Source: an uncultured Microthrixaceae bacterium (GTDB taxonomy: Bacteria > Actinomycetota > Acidimicrobiia > Acidimicrobiales > Acidimicrobilacustridaceae). From it: a stretch of DNA of 64,000 nt. The stretch's first letter is position 1; each line of letters opens with the position of its first letter. This document shows, piece after piece, positions 27,365 through 38,230 of this stretch. The notes under the pieces were generated by a model. The model saw only the letters and a program-made list of their open reading frames with translations. It was not told where the DNA came from and did not search any database. Location of the stretch: contig CAVSDZ010000016.1 of the NCBI GenBank assembly GCA_963726905.1, positions 3,028-67,027 on the forward strand, given 5' to 3'. The position numbers and the translations under genes are program-made.

Positions 27365-28361
27365 TCAGACCATGAACATGACCTTGAGGGCGTCGAAGGC
27401 CTCGATGCAGTGCCCGGCGCCGAGCACCACGCACTCGAGCGGGGCGTCGACCAGGTGCACCGGGATCTCGGTCTCCTGCTCGAGGCGCAGGTCGAGGCCC
27501 CGCAGCATGCCGCCGCCGCCCACCAGGTGGATGCCCTGCAGGATGAGGTCCTGGGCCAGCTCCGGCGGGGCCTGGCCCAGGCAGGCGATGACCGAGTCGA
27601 CCATGGCCGACACCGGCTCGTCGATGGCCTCGCGCACCTCCTCGGCCGACAGCACCACCGTCTTGGGCAGGCCGCTCATGAGCTCCCGGCCGCGCACCTC
27701 GGCGGCGTACTCGTCCTCGGTGGGCCAGGCCGAGCCGATGGTGACCTTGATCTCCTCCGCCGTGCGCTCGCCGATGGCGATGCCGTACTCGCGGCGGATG
27801 TAGGTCTGGATGTGGGCGTCGATGTCGAACGAGCCCACCCGCACCGCCTCGAGGGCCACCACGCCGCCCAGCGAGATGAGCGCCGTCTCCGACGTGCCGC
27901 CGCCGATGTCGACCACCATGTTGCCCATCGGCTCGTTGATGGGCAGGCCGGCCCCGATGGCCGCGGCCATGGGCTGCTCGATGAGGTGGGCCTCGGACGC
28001 CCCCGCCCGCTTGGCCGCCTCGATCACCGCCCGGCGCTCCACCGCGGTGATGGCCGACGGCACGCAGATCACCACCCGGGGCCGGTTGAAGCGGCTCACG
28101 CCCACCCGCTGCAGCAGCAGGCGGATCATGCGCTGGGTGATCTCGAAGTCGGTGATGGCGCCCTTGCGCAGCGGGCGCACGGCCACGATGTAGCTGGGGG
28201 TCCGCCCGATCATCTGCCAGGCCTCGTGGCCCATGGCCAGCACGTCCTGGGTGCGGCTGTTGAGCGCGATGACGGAGGGCTCGTTCAAGACGATGCCCTC
28301 GCCGCGTGCGTACACCAGGGTGTTGGCCGTTCCCAGGTCGATGGCCAGGTCGCGGGCTATG
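27365..28361 (-). CDS. mreB: Rod-shape-determining actin-like protein MreB (start problematic: ATA at the position where ATG is expected)
   Basis: ORF 27365..28315 is an intact 316-aa MreB (NMVVDIGGGTSETALISLGGVV, LVGGGGMLRGLDLRLEQETEIPV). The conserved N-terminal RDLAIDLGTANTLVY lies in frame upstream of the listed start. The only plausible initiation point is ATA at 28359-28361, 8 nt after GAGGAG. An in-frame TGA lies just upstream. Confidence 0.9.
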
Positions 28362-28417
28362 GCCGGTGCTCCTCGGGCGCGCCCTCAGGATCAGCCGTGT
28401 CGCGGTGGTCGTGCTCG

Positions 28418-28642
28418 TCATGGTGGCCGTGGTCGTCGTGGTCCGTGCCCCTCGGCTGCACGGAGGAGCCCCGTCCCCGGCCACTCGGGGGCGGCTCGGT
28501 CGCGACCGAGCGCCCGCATCTCCCGCTCGAAGTCGTCGATGCTGGACATGAACGTCTTGGGTTTGCGGTTGAAGGCCCAGATGGCCAGCGACACGACGAC
28601 GCTGAACCCGATGGCCACGAGCAGGAAGGCGGCGTTGTTCAC
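28418..28642 (-). CDS. Small membrane protein (74 aa)
   Basis: The product reads (GTG)NNAAFLLVAIGFSVVVSLAIWAFNRKPKTFMSSIDDFEREMRALG. It has one TM helix. Its start overlaps the moaE stop (GTGA). Confidence 0.45.
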   Translation of the reverse strand: MNNAAFLLVAIGFSVVVSLAIWAFNRKPKTFMSSIDDFEREMRALGRDRAAPEWPGTGLLRAAEGHGPRRPRPP

Positions 28643-29139
28643 GGCGAGCCCTCCCGCACCGGGTCGAGGTCGTCCAGATCGACCAGGTGCTGGGCCTCGA
28701 GGCCCCAGCTCTCCCCGTCGGCCCAGGTCTCGCGCTTCCAGATGGGCACGGTGGCCTTGAGGGCGTCGATGGCGAAGCGGGCGGCGTCGAATGCCTCGCC
28801 CCGATGAGGGGCCGACACGACCACGACCACGGCGGAGTGCCCCAACTCGACCGGGCCGACCCGGTGCAGCAGCGCCACCCGCCCGATCTCGGGCCAGCGG
28901 AGCCGGGCCTCGGCCACGATGGCCCGCATGCGGGGCAGGGCCTGCTCCTCGTAGGCCTCATAGGTCAGGCACGACACCCCGACGCGACCTTCGGAGTGGT
29001 CGCGCGCCGTCCCGCTGAACACGACGACCGCTCCACAACGAGGCAGGACGGCCCAGTCCGCCGCGGCGTCCAATGGCAGCGGCTCGTCCGACAGGCCCAC
29101 CCAGTCATCGTCGCGCTCGGGAGGCATCACGCGGCCCAT
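28639..29139 (-). CDS. moaE: Molybdopterin synthase catalytic subunit MoaE
   Basis: The product contains GAVVVFSGTARDHSEGRVGVSCLTYEAYEEQALPRMRAIVAEA...VALLHRVGPVELGHSAVVVVVSAPHRGEAFDAARFAIDALKATVPIWKRE. The start could be 29139 or 29127. Confidence 0.85.
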   Translation of the reverse strand: MGRVMPPERDDDWVGLSDEPLPLDAAADWAVLPRCGAVVVFSGTARDHSEGRVGVSCLTYEAYEEQALPRMRAIVAEARLRWPEIGRVALLHRVGPVELGHSAVVVVVSAPHRGEAFDAARFAIDALKATVPIWKRETWADGESWGLEAQHLVDLDDLDPVREGSP

Positions 29140-29222
29140 CGTAGGCGACCGACCCCCGCCGAAGGCACGGGGCGCGGCCACCCGGGCATCGCGGCTCAGT
29201 ATCGTTTGCGCCGTGCCCGACC

Positions 29223-30444
29223 ATGACGACGCCGACGACGCTGCCCACCAACGGGCCCCCTCCGTCGCCCGACGACCGTCTGTGGCGCCACCCGTCGGAG
29301 CTGGGATCGTCCCGGCCCATCACCATCGTGGCGGCCCCCCGCCACCCTCGCCGCACGCTGGCCGTCGGGGTGGCCGGCGGGCTGGTGGGCGCCGCCGCCA
29401 TGCTGGCGCTGGTGTTCGCCGTGGGCGGCTTCGACCACAAGCGCCCGGTGACGGCGGTCGAGCAGATCCAGTTGTCGGAGCCCAAGGACCCGGCCCCGTC
29501 GGAGCTGGCCATCGCCGACAAGGCCCTCCCCGCCGTGGCCCAGGTCAGCACCACCACCTCCACCGGCTCCATCTCGGGCACCGCGGTGGTGTTCCGCGAC
29601 GACGGGCACCTCCTGACCACCGCCGATGTCGTCGACGGCGCCGAGACGATCACGGTCGAGATGTCCGACGGCGACGGTGCTGGCCGCCCGGGTGGTCGGC
29701 GTCGACCGGGTCAGCGACGTGGCCGTGCTCAAGGTCGACCACGGCAAGATGCCCGTCGCCGCCCTGGCCATGGAGGCCGACCTGCAACTGGGCGAGCCCA
29801 CCATCGCCGTCGAGTGCCGCCCCGGCAAGCCCGGCGCGCCCAACCTCTCGGTCGGCCTGGTCAGCGCCCTGGGCCGACGGGTCGACGCCGCCGACGGCAC
29901 CTCGCTGCACGACATGATCCAGACCAACGTGCGCCTCTCCACCACCGGGGCCGGCACCGTGCTGCTCGACAGCCGAGGCGCGGTCATCGGCCTGGTGACC
30001 CGGCGGGGGCTGCCCGACACCGACGCCACGGGCACCAAGGTCACCGCCAGCACCACGAGCCGGTCCGAGACCCTCGTGCCCCGCTACGCCACCCCGGTGG
30101 AGTACGCCAAGGAGGTGGCCGACGAGCTCATCCTCACCGGCCGGGTCGCCCACCCGTGGCTGGGGGTGGAGAGCAGCGACCTCAGCGACAAGGAGATGGA
30201 CGCGCTGGGCCACGGTGGCGCCCGCATCGAGCGCGTCACCCCGGGCAGCCCGGCCGAGAGCGCCGGCCTGGCCGCCGGCGACATCGTGGTGGGCGTGGAC
30301 GACGCCCCCGTCGAGTCGAGCTCGGATCTGGTGGTGGCCCTGCGCCGCCACAAGCCGTCGGAGTCGGTGGGCGTGACCTACCTGCGGGCCGGCGAGGCCG
30401 GCGTGGCCCTGGCCACCCTGGCCGACAAGCCGTCCGTCCCCTGA
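29223..30444 (+). CDS. HtrA-like S1C fold + PDZ protein with a degenerate catalytic triad (pseudo-protease; one frameshift near 29670)
   Basis: A TM anchor (LAVGVAGGLVGAAAMLALVFAV) is followed by a trypsin-like core. In that core, LLTTADVV replaces TNAHVV (His to Asp), DVAVLKV keeps the Asp, and STTGAGTVLLDSRGAVIG replaces GNSGGPLLN (Ser to Ala). The PDZ domain reads GARIERVTPGSPAESAGLAAGDIVVGVDDAPV. Confidence 0.75.
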
Positions 30445-30452
30445 CCGCCCGG

Positions 30453-31463
30453 TCAGCGACGGCGGCGGCGCACGACCCACACCACGCCGAAGGCGGCGGC
30501 CGACCACCACGCCGGCCACCGCGGCCAACGAGAGCTCCTGGCGACGCCGGGCGCTGAGCGTGGCCAGCGGCCCGCCCGGGTCGGCCTCGACGTAGACCTC
30601 TTCGTTGCGGTGGCGCGGCGCCCAGCCGGTGGCCCGCAGCCGGTCGTTGGCCACCACCCACGGGTGGCGGGTGTAGGACCCAGCCCTCGGGCGGCCCGGT
30701 GCGGCCGATCTCGGACGCGCAGCGCCCGCAGCCGGCCCCTGAGCCCCGCCGGGAGGTGGAGCCGACCCGACGGGCCCGGCCAGCTCGGCCAGGTCGTCGG
30801 GCGGCAGCCAGCCGTCGGGCGAGACGTTGAACGGCCCGTCGAGGCGGTGGCGCCGGGCGTGGTCGACGGCGCCGGCCAGGTCGTCGAGGTGCAGGAACTG
30901 CGAGGGTCGGGTCGGCGCCGTCGGCCCGCAGGGCCGACGGCCGACCACGGCGAGGCCGCCAGCCAGGCCTCCGACTCGGCCGCCACCGACACGGTCGGGC
31001 GCAACACGGCCACGGTGGCCGAGGTCGTGCTCGTCGCGCCAGTCGAGGGCCAGCCGCTCGATCTCGGCCCGGGCGGCGGCGTAGGGCAGGGTCGGGTCGG
31101 GCCGCAGCGGCGCCTCTTCGGTGAGCGGCACCGGGTTGTTGGCCCACGCGCCGTAGACCATGGCGCTGGACACGATCACCAGGCGAGGGACCCCCACCGA
31201 GGCGGCGGCGTCGAGCAGCCAGGCGGGTGGCGGCCACCTCGTCGGCCGGGTCGTCGGCCGCGGGCAGGCCGTCGGGGCCGACGACCTCGGAGGCGCCCAG
31301 GTACACCACGACGTCGGCGTCGCCCAGCGCGTCCTTGAGGGCGGGGTCGCTCGACCTCGCATCCGGATCAGCTCGACGGCCGGGGTCGGCCTGGCACCGC
31401 GCGCGGCCACCGCGAGGCGGCCAACGACCGGCCGCCCCCCACCATCACCACGGTCTCGCTCAT
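30453..31463 (-). CDS. NAD-dependent epimerase/dehydratase (SDR) family protein with a C-terminal TM tail (at least 5 frame jumps)
   Basis: The stitched product reads MSETVVMVGG.AG, then DPALKDALGDADVVVYLGA, then LLDAAASVGVPRLVIVSSAMVYGAWANNPVPLTEEAPLRPDPTLPYAAARAEIERL, then FLHLDDLAGAVDHA...GPFNVSPDGW, then HPWVVANDRLRATGWAPRHRNEE, then LSLAAVAGVVV..AAFGVVWVVRRRRR*. Confidence 0.6.
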
Positions 31464-31548
31464 CGACGGCCATGATGCCCGGTGCGGCCGGGACGTGCCG
31501 CATCACACCCCGTCCCGCGAGGGGGAAGGCCGGGGCGACCCGCCTACC

Positions 31549-32780
31549 ATGGCCGGGATGAGCGACTTCGGCCTCCCCGGCGGCCCCGGCGGCGACCCGT
31601 TCGGTGACGACAACCCGTTCAAGGGCATGCCGATCTTCGGCGACCTGGCCAAGATGTTCTCCCAGCAGGGCCCGATCAACTGGGACGCGGCCCGCCAGCT
31701 GGCCCAGTCCATCGCCGTCGGCGAGACGTCCGAGCCCAACGTCGACCCGCTCGAGCGCATCAAGATCGAGCAGCTGGCCCGGGTGGCCGACCTGCAGGTG
31801 GCCGCCGCCACCGGCCTGACCACCTCGCCCACCGGCCGGGGCGTGACCCTCGTGCCGGTGACCCGCAGCCTGTGGGCCCACCAGACGCTCGAGGCCTACC
31901 GGGGCCTGTTCGAGCAGCTGGCCGGCTCGCTGCACGACGAGGCCCCCGCCACCCCCGACGAGGCCCCAGCGCCGCCGACCCCATCGCCTGGATGGCGCCG
32001 CTCATGCAGATGATCGGGCCCACCATGCTGGGCATGACCGCCGGGTCGATGGTCGGGCACCTGGCCCAGCGCTCGTTCGGCGAACTACGACCTGCCCATC
32101 CCCCGCCCGACCGGCGACGAGCTCCACATCGTGACCGGCAACGTCGACGAGTTCGGCCGCGAGTGGAGCCTGCCCCCCGACGACCTGCTCCTGTGGATCT
32201 GCCTCCACGAGGTGGCCACCCACGCCGTGCTGTCGGTCCCCCACGTGCGCGGCCGCCGTCGACGAGCTGCTGCGCGAGTACCTGGCCGGCTTCCAGACCG
32301 ACCCCGGCGCCCTCGAGCGGCGCATGGGCGAGCTCGAGCATGTCGGATCCGTCCGACCTCGACGGGCTGCAGTCGCTGTTCGGCGACCCCGAGACCCTGC
32401 TGGGGGCGATCCGCTCCCCCGCCCAGCGCGACCTGCTCCCCCGCTTCGAGGCGCTGGTGGCCGTGATCGTCGGCTACGTCGACCACGTCATGGACGGCAT
32501 CGGCACCGGCCTGGTGGGCAGCTACGGCATGGTCACCGAGGCGGTGCGCCGCCGGCGGGTGCAGGCCGACCAGTCCGATCGCTTCGTCGAGCGGCTGTTC
32601 GGCCTCGAGCTGACCCAGGCCCAGTACGACCGGGGCGCCGACTTCGTCGCCGGCGTGGTCGAGCGCTCGGGCGACGAGGGCCTGGCCCGGCTGTGGGAGT
32701 CCGAGCGCACGCTGCCGACGCCGGCCGAGGTGGACGCCCCCGGGCTGTGGCTGGCCCGCATCGAGCTGCCCGAGGCCTGA
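31549..32780 (+). CDS. DUF2342-family zinc-dependent metalloprotease (at least 4 frame jumps)
   Basis: The stitched product reads MAGMSDFGLPG...INWDAARQLAQSIAVGETSEPNVDPLERIKIEQLARVADLQV, then MAPLMQMIGPTMLGMTAGSMVGHLAQRSFG, then LWICLHEVATHAVL (the HExxH motif), then LLPRFEALVAVIVGYVDHVMDGIG...RFVERLFGLELTQAQYDRGADFVAGVVER. Confidence 0.75.
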
Positions 32781-32803
32781 CCCGGGCGCGACCGGCCTCG
32801 GCG

Positions 32804-34447
32804 TCAGGCGCCGGGCTCGCGCCAGCGGGGCTCGGCGAAGAGGGTGTTGTCCAACGCGGTGTCGTCGTCGTCGGGCTCGAGGAAGTCGAGGGGCAGGGTG
32901 GGCTGCTCGACGGCCCCGGCTGCCTCCGGCTGGGCCACCGCGTCCGGCGGGCCACGCCTCCGGCTGGACCACCGTGTCGTCCTCGACCAGCGGCTGGGAC
33001 ACGAACCCCGGGGGTGGCTCCCACGCCGGGGACGCGGCCGGGAGGCGACGGCGGGGCGGCGGCGGGTGGCGGGCGGACCGGCGGGCCGGCGGGCAGGCGG
33101 CGGCGGCGGAGGCGGTGGCGGCGTGGTGCGCCGGCGCGGCGGTGGCCGGTGGGCGGCGCGCCGGGGCCGCCCAGCGAGGCGTCGACGCGCCGCAGCCCGA
33201 AGCGGATCAGCTTGCGGCTGGGCGAGTCCCAGTCGTAGGTGCCCTGGGCCACCCGGCGCTGGCCCACCAGGTAGGAGATGAAGGCCACCACCACCATGGC
33301 GGTGATGAGCAGGTAGCCGATCGCCTCGGGGAAGCGGGCCACCACCGGCATGAAGGCGCCGATGACCCAGGCCAGCTGGAAGCGGGTCTCGAACCGGGCG
33401 AACAACCGCCCCCGGTTGGCGTCGGGGGCGTCGCGCTGCACCAGGGCGTCGAAGGCCTGCTTGGACGTGCCCGACGTGGTCCCCAGCACGAACGACATGA
33501 TCCCGGCGGCGGCCAGCCCGCCGATGCAGCCGCACACCAGGGCGCCCCGGCCGCGGTGACCACCAGCGAGCCGGCCATGATGCGGCTCTCGTCGGCGGCC
33601 TGGCGCAGGCGGGGAGCCGAGCGCCGCGCCGACCAGCACGCCGGCCTGGGCCATGGCGCCCGGCCACCACCAGGTACCACAGCGGCGCGCCGCTGCTCTT
33701 GAAGGCGAAGGCCAGGAACAGCACCAGGAAGCCCACCGAGGCGCGGATCAGCGCCATGGCCGAGGCGGCCAGGCGGATGCCGGCGCTGCGCAGCTCGGCC
33801 TTCTCGATGGGGCCGGCCGGCGTGGCGGCCACCACGACCTTGGGCAGGCGCAAGGCGAAGACGGCGCCGACCGCGAACACGATGCCGGCCAGCGCCACCG
33901 ACCACTGGGCGCCCGCCCACCTTCAACAGGATCAGACCGGGTCCGCCGGCGGCCACCGCGGCGATGCCGCTCAGCAGGCTGAGCTTGGAGTTGGCCTCCA
34001 CCAGCTCCTTGTCGCTGCTGCACCGTGGCCGGGACGAGGGCGGCACGCGAGATCAGGTAGGTCTTGGCGAAGACCAGCATCAGGAACGCTTCGAGGTAGA
34101 AGGTCAGGTGCGTGAGGTCCCGCACGATCAGGGCGCACAGCACGGCCCGCAGGACCAGCGAGCCGATGATCACCCACCGCCGACCGCCCCGCAGCCGGTC
34201 GATGACCGGCCCGATGAGCGGGGCGGCCACCGCGAAGGGGGCGAACGTCAACAGCAGGTAGAGGCCCGACCTTCCACCGGGCCTCGTTGAACGGCACCGA
34301 GAAGAACACCGACCCGGCCAGGCCCACGGTGAACAGGGCGTCGCCGCCCACCGAGAAGGCGTGGGTGCGGGCCAGCCGGGTGAACGGCGAAGCGACGAAG
34401 GGGCGTCGAGGGTCCCGGGCGGGGACGGGGGAATCGACGGCGCTCAT
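32804..34447 (-). CDS. MFS-type transporter with a Pro-rich C-terminal tail (at least 5 frame jumps)
   Basis: The stitched product reads MSAVDSPVPARDPRRPFVASPFTRLARTHAFSVGGDALFTVGLAGSVFF, then LLTFAPFAVAAPLIGPVIDRLRGGRRWVIIGSLVLRAVLCALIV...FLMLVFAKTYLISRAALVP, then LVEANSKLSLLSGIAAVAAGGPGLILL, then LAGIVFAVGAVFALRLP, then GALVCGCIGGLAAAGIMSFVLG...RGRLFARFETRFQLAWVIGAF. The fragments are in ORFs 33971..34456, 33748..34251, 33207..34046, 32804..33898 and 32533..33654. Confidence 0.6.
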
Positions 34448-34505
34448 CAGCGGCAATGGTAGGGGTCAGGCCGGGGGCCGACCGGTCGAGCGACGGCCCG
34501 TGGTT

Positions 34506-35219
34506 TCAGGTACGTGGTGCCTCGTACTTGTAGCCCAGGCCCCGGATGGTGACGATGCGCGACGGCGAGGCCGGATCGCTCTCGACCTTGGACCGGAGCC
34601 GCTTGATGTGGACGTCCAGCGTCTTGGTGTCGCCCACGTAGTCGGCCCCCCACACCCGGTCGATGAGCGTCTCGCGGGTGAGCACCCGCCCGGCGTTCTC
34701 CAGCAGCAGGGCCAGCAGCTCGAACTCCTTGAGCGGCAGGCGCACCTCCTCGTCGCGGATGGTGACCTCGTGGCGCTCGTGGTCGACCCGGACGTCGCCG
34801 ACCTCGATCACCTCGTCGGCCAGCACCGACAGCGGGTCGGGCTGGTCGTCGGCGCGCCGCCGCAGCACGGCCCGCATGCGGGCCACCAGCTCGCGCAGGC
34901 GGTAGGGCTTGGTCACGTAGTCGTCGGCCCCCACCTCGAGGCCGACCACGGTGTCGATCTCGGCCCCCTTGGCCGTGACCATGATGATGGGCACCCGCGA
35001 ACGCGACCGCAGCTCGCGGCACACGTCGAAGCCGGACACCTTGGGCAGCATGACGTCGAGCAGGACGAGGTCGGGACGGACGTCGTCGAACATGTCGAGC
35101 GCCTCGGCGCCGTCGCGGGCCACGCTCACCTTGAACCCCTCGCGGGTGAGCCCCAGGGTGAGCGCGTCGACGAAGGAGTCCTCGTCCTCGACCACCAGGA
35201 CCGACGTGGCCGGGCTCAT
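34506..35219 (-). CDS. regX3: OmpR-family response regulator RegX3 (phosphate starvation)
   Basis: This is an intact 237-aa ORF. It contains VLVVEDEDSF, DLVLLDVMLP (the phospho-Asp), IIMVTAKGAEIDTVVGLEVGADDYVTKPY and LIDRVWGADYVGDTKTLDVHIKRLRSKVE, a close match to mycobacterial RegX3 as I remember it. Its ATG overlaps the kinase stop (ATGA). Confidence 0.88.
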   Translation of the reverse strand: MSPATSVLVVEDEDSFVDALTLGLTREGFKVSVARDGAEALDMFDDVRPDLVLLDVMLPKVSGFDVCRELRSRSRVPIIMVTAKGAEIDTVVGLEVGADDYVTKPYRLRELVARMRAVLRRRADDQPDPLSVLADEVIEVGDVRVDHERHEVTIRDEEVRLPLKEFELLALLLENAGRVLTRETLIDRVWGADYVGDTKTLDVHIKRLRSKVESDPASPSRIVTIRGLGYKYEAPRT

Positions 35220-36497
35220 GGCGAGCCTCCCGGGCGGTCGTGGGCACCGACGGTGACGGTGGGCGCAGCCGCGATCGCCTCGCCGGCGGGATCAGCGACC
35301 TCGCCGGCGTCGCGGCGGCCGTGGCGGCCCCGGTCGCCCCGCACGGCAGGCGCAGGGTGAACGTCGAGCCCTCACCGAGGCGGGACTCGACCGTCACCTC
35401 GCCGGCGTGGTTGGTGGCCACGTGGCGCACGATGGCCAGCCCCAGCCCGGTGCCCCCGGTCGAGCGGCTGCGGGCCTGGTCGACCCGGTAGAAGCGCTCG
35501 AACACCCGCTCCAGGTCCCCCTTGGGGATGCCGAAGCCGTGGTCCTGGACCTCGATGGCCAGCCGGTCGCCGTCGCGGTGGGCCCGCACCTCGACCACGG
35601 CGCCGGGATCGGAGTACTTCACCGCGTTGTCGAGCAGGTTGTGCAGGGCGGACACGATCTGGCGCCGATCGCCGAACACGATCAGCCCCGGCTCCGGTGT
35701 CGGCCACCTCGATGTCGATGCCGGCCTGCTCGGCACCGGTGCGGATGCGCTCGACGGCCTCGGCGATGGCCACGCCGACCTCGACCGGCTCGTGCTCCGG
35801 GGCCTCCTCGCTCTCGATCCGGCTCAGCACGAGGAGGTCCTCGATGGTTCGGTCCATGCGGAAGGCCTCGTCCACGATGCGCTCGGCCAATCGTCGGGCC
35901 ACCACCGGGTCGTCTTCCATGGTGAGGGTCTCGGCCAGCAGGCCCATGGCCCCCACCGGCGTCTTGAGCTCGTGGCTGATGTTGGCCACGAAGTCGCGCC
36001 GGGTGGCGTCGAGCCGGCGGCGCTCGGAGATGTCGTCGATCACGGCCAGCGCACCGTCGTCGAGCGGCACCGTGGTGATCACCAGGGTGCGCCGGGGCGG
36101 CCCGAACAGGTCGATGGTGCGGTCGGCGGGCACCCCGGCGAGGGCCTCGGTGACCAGCTCGTCGACGGCGGCGGCCACCAGGGCGTCGCTGTGGCGGGCC
36201 TCGGCGAAGGACTCCGCCACCCGGTTGCGGAACACGACCGTGCCGGCGGTGTCGGTGATGAGCACCCCCTGGGGGATGGCGTCGAGGGCCCGCAGCAGGC
36301 GCGACCGCACCTCGTCGGCCCCGGGCCCGCTCCTCGTCGGCCCGCCGCTTCTCCGCCGCGGTCGCCCCGTCCGCCTGCCCCACGCGGGTCTGCAGTTGAC
36401 GGGCGCGTCGCAGCAGGACGGCCACGGCCACCAGCGCAGCCACGACGACCACGACGACGACCGGGAGTGGCACCGCCACCGCCAGGGTGCTGCTCAC
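35216..36497 (-). CDS. senX3: Sensor histidine kinase SenX3 (3 frame jumps)
   Basis: The GTG at 36497 overlaps the phoU stop (GTGA). The product has an N-terminal TM ([25 protein letters not shown]), a PAS-like segment ([26 protein letters not shown]) and the H-box [16 protein letters not shown] (ORF 35372..36310). The N/G boxes [12 protein letters not shown] and [13 protein letters not shown] are in ORF 34447..35736. The tail shifts again to end at TGA 35216-35218. Confidence 0.8.
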
Positions 36498-37273
36498 GGC
36501 CGGTCTCCGTCCCCCTCGTCCGGGGGAGTGGCCGCCTCGGCCGCCATCGATTCCATCTCGGCCTGGATCTGGGCCTCGGCCCGCTCGTGGCGGGCGCTGA
36601 GCCGGGCCTTGCCGGTGTGCTCGGGCAGCCACCCGGTGACCATGTACTCGACCCGGGCCCCGATGTTCACGGCGTGGTCACCGATGCGTTCGTAGTAGCG
36701 GCCGATGAGGGCCAGCTGCACGGCGGCCTGGAGGTCGATGATGCCGGCGTGATGCGACTCGAAGATGGCCTGGATGTAGTCCTTGTGGAGCAGGTCGAGA
36801 CCGTCGTCCATGTCGTCGAGCGCGGCGGCCAGGCTGGCGTTGCCCTCCACGTAGGCGTCGATGCACAGCCGGAACAGCCGGGTGGCCTCCTCGCTCATCC
36901 GCTCGATGAGCCCGCGCAGGCGGGGATCGAACTGCACCCCGTAGATGCGACGGGCGCCCTTGGCCACGTTGACCATGAGGTCGCCCGACCGCTCGATCTC
37001 CGACGTGAGCCGGATGGCGGTCACCAGCGAGCGCAGGTCGATGGCCACCGGCTGCTGCAGGGCCAGCACCTGGTAGCAGCGCTCCTCGATCTCGAGGGCG
37101 AGCGAGTCGACCTCGTCGTCGTCCTCGATGAGGCGCTGGGCCCCCTGCAGGTCGTTGGCCAACAAGATGTCGGTGCCCCGGGGGATGCACTCGGTGACGA
37201 TCGCCGCCAGCCGCACGATGTCGGCCTTGATCTGGTCGAGCTCCTGGTGGAACGTGCGCCGTACCTCGGGCAT
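36494..37273 (-). CDS. phoU: Phosphate signalling complex protein PhoU
   Basis: This is the C-terminal 259 aa of fused ORF 36494..38170. It reads [26 protein letters not shown]...[14 protein letters not shown]...[25 protein letters not shown], containing two PhoU repeats. Its ATG overlaps the pstB stop by 1 nt. Confidence 0.88.
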   Translation of the reverse strand: MPEVRRTFHQELDQIKADIVRLAAIVTECIPRGTDILLANDLQGAQRLIEDDDEVDSLALEIEERCYQVLALQQPVAIDLRSLVTAIRLTSEIERSGDLMVNVAKGARRIYGVQFDPRLRGLIERMSEEATRLFRLCIDAYVEGNASLAAALDDMDDGLDLLHKDYIQAIFESHHAGIIDLQAAVQLALIGRYYERIGDHAVNIGARVEYMVTGWLPEHTGKARLSARHERAEAQIQAEMESMAAEAATPPDEGDGDRP

Positions 37274-38092
37274 CAGCCGAACCGCCCGGTCACGTAGTTC
37301 TCGGTGCGCTCGTCGCTCGGGTTCGAGAAGATCTTGTCGGTCACGTCGTATTCGACGAGCACGCCGGTGCGGGTGTCGCTGCTCTCGTTCACCTCGGTGG
37401 TGAAGAAGGCGGTGCGATCGCTGACCCGGGCCGCCTGCTGCATGTTGTGGGTCACGATCACGATCGTGTAGTCGGCCTTCAGCTCCTGCATGAGGTCTTC
37501 GATGCGCGACGTGGCGATGGGGTCGAGGGCCGAGCACGGCTCGTCCATGAGGACCACCTCCGGCTCCACCGCGATGGCCCGGGCGATGCACAGCCGCTGC
37601 TGCTGGCCGCCCGACAGGCCCATGGCCGACTTCTTGAGCCGGTCCTTGACCTCGTCCCACAGCGCGGCGCGGCGCAGGGCGGCCTCCACCCGATCGTCCA
37701 TGCTGCCCTTGAGCCCGGCCAGCTTGGGCCCGAACGCGACGTTGTCGTAGATCGACTTGGGGAACGGGTTGGGCTTCTGGAACACCATGCCGATGCGCTT
37801 GCGCACCTCGACGGGGTCGATGGCCGGCGTCGTAGAGGTCGACGCCGTGGTACAGCACCTGGCCCTCGACCCGGGCGCCCTCGATGAGGTCGTTCATGCG
37901 GTCGAAGCAGCGCAGCATGGTGGACTTGCCGCAGCCCGACGGGCCGATGAAGGCGGCGATCTCGTGCTTGCGGATGTCGAGGTTGGCATCACGAATGGCC
38001 CGGAAGGCGCCGTAGTAGACGCTCAGGTCCTTCACGTCGAACACGACCGGGGCCAGGTCGGGCTCGGGGGCGACGGCGGTGGTGTCGGTCAT
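37273..38092 (-). CDS. pstB: Phosphate ABC transporter ATP-binding protein PstB (one frameshift near 37810)
   Basis: The N-terminal part, including Walker A, is [41 protein letters not shown] (ORF 36494..38170). ORF 37273..37806 gives [25 protein letters not shown]...[33 protein letters not shown]...[13 protein letters not shown]. Confidence 0.88.
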
Positions 38093-38230
38093 GGAGCTGG
38101 AGGGGTCAGGTGCGCCGTCGGTGAGGTCCACCTCGTCGGTGTGCGCCGCAGCCTGGTCGGGAGCCATCAACGGGACCTCCCCGAAGGGTTGATGTGAAGC
38201 GGAGGGTAGCGGACAGGCATGGTGGTGACC

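Noticed and set aside
36494-38170. The 558-aa ORF looks like a PstB-PhoU fusion protein.
   Set aside because: The middle ~250 aa are Arg/Gly-rich nonsense. The true PstB C-terminal two thirds are in ORF 37273..37806 in another frame. PhoU has its own ATG at 37273, overlapping the pstB stop. The fusion is an artefact of one frameshift near 37810.
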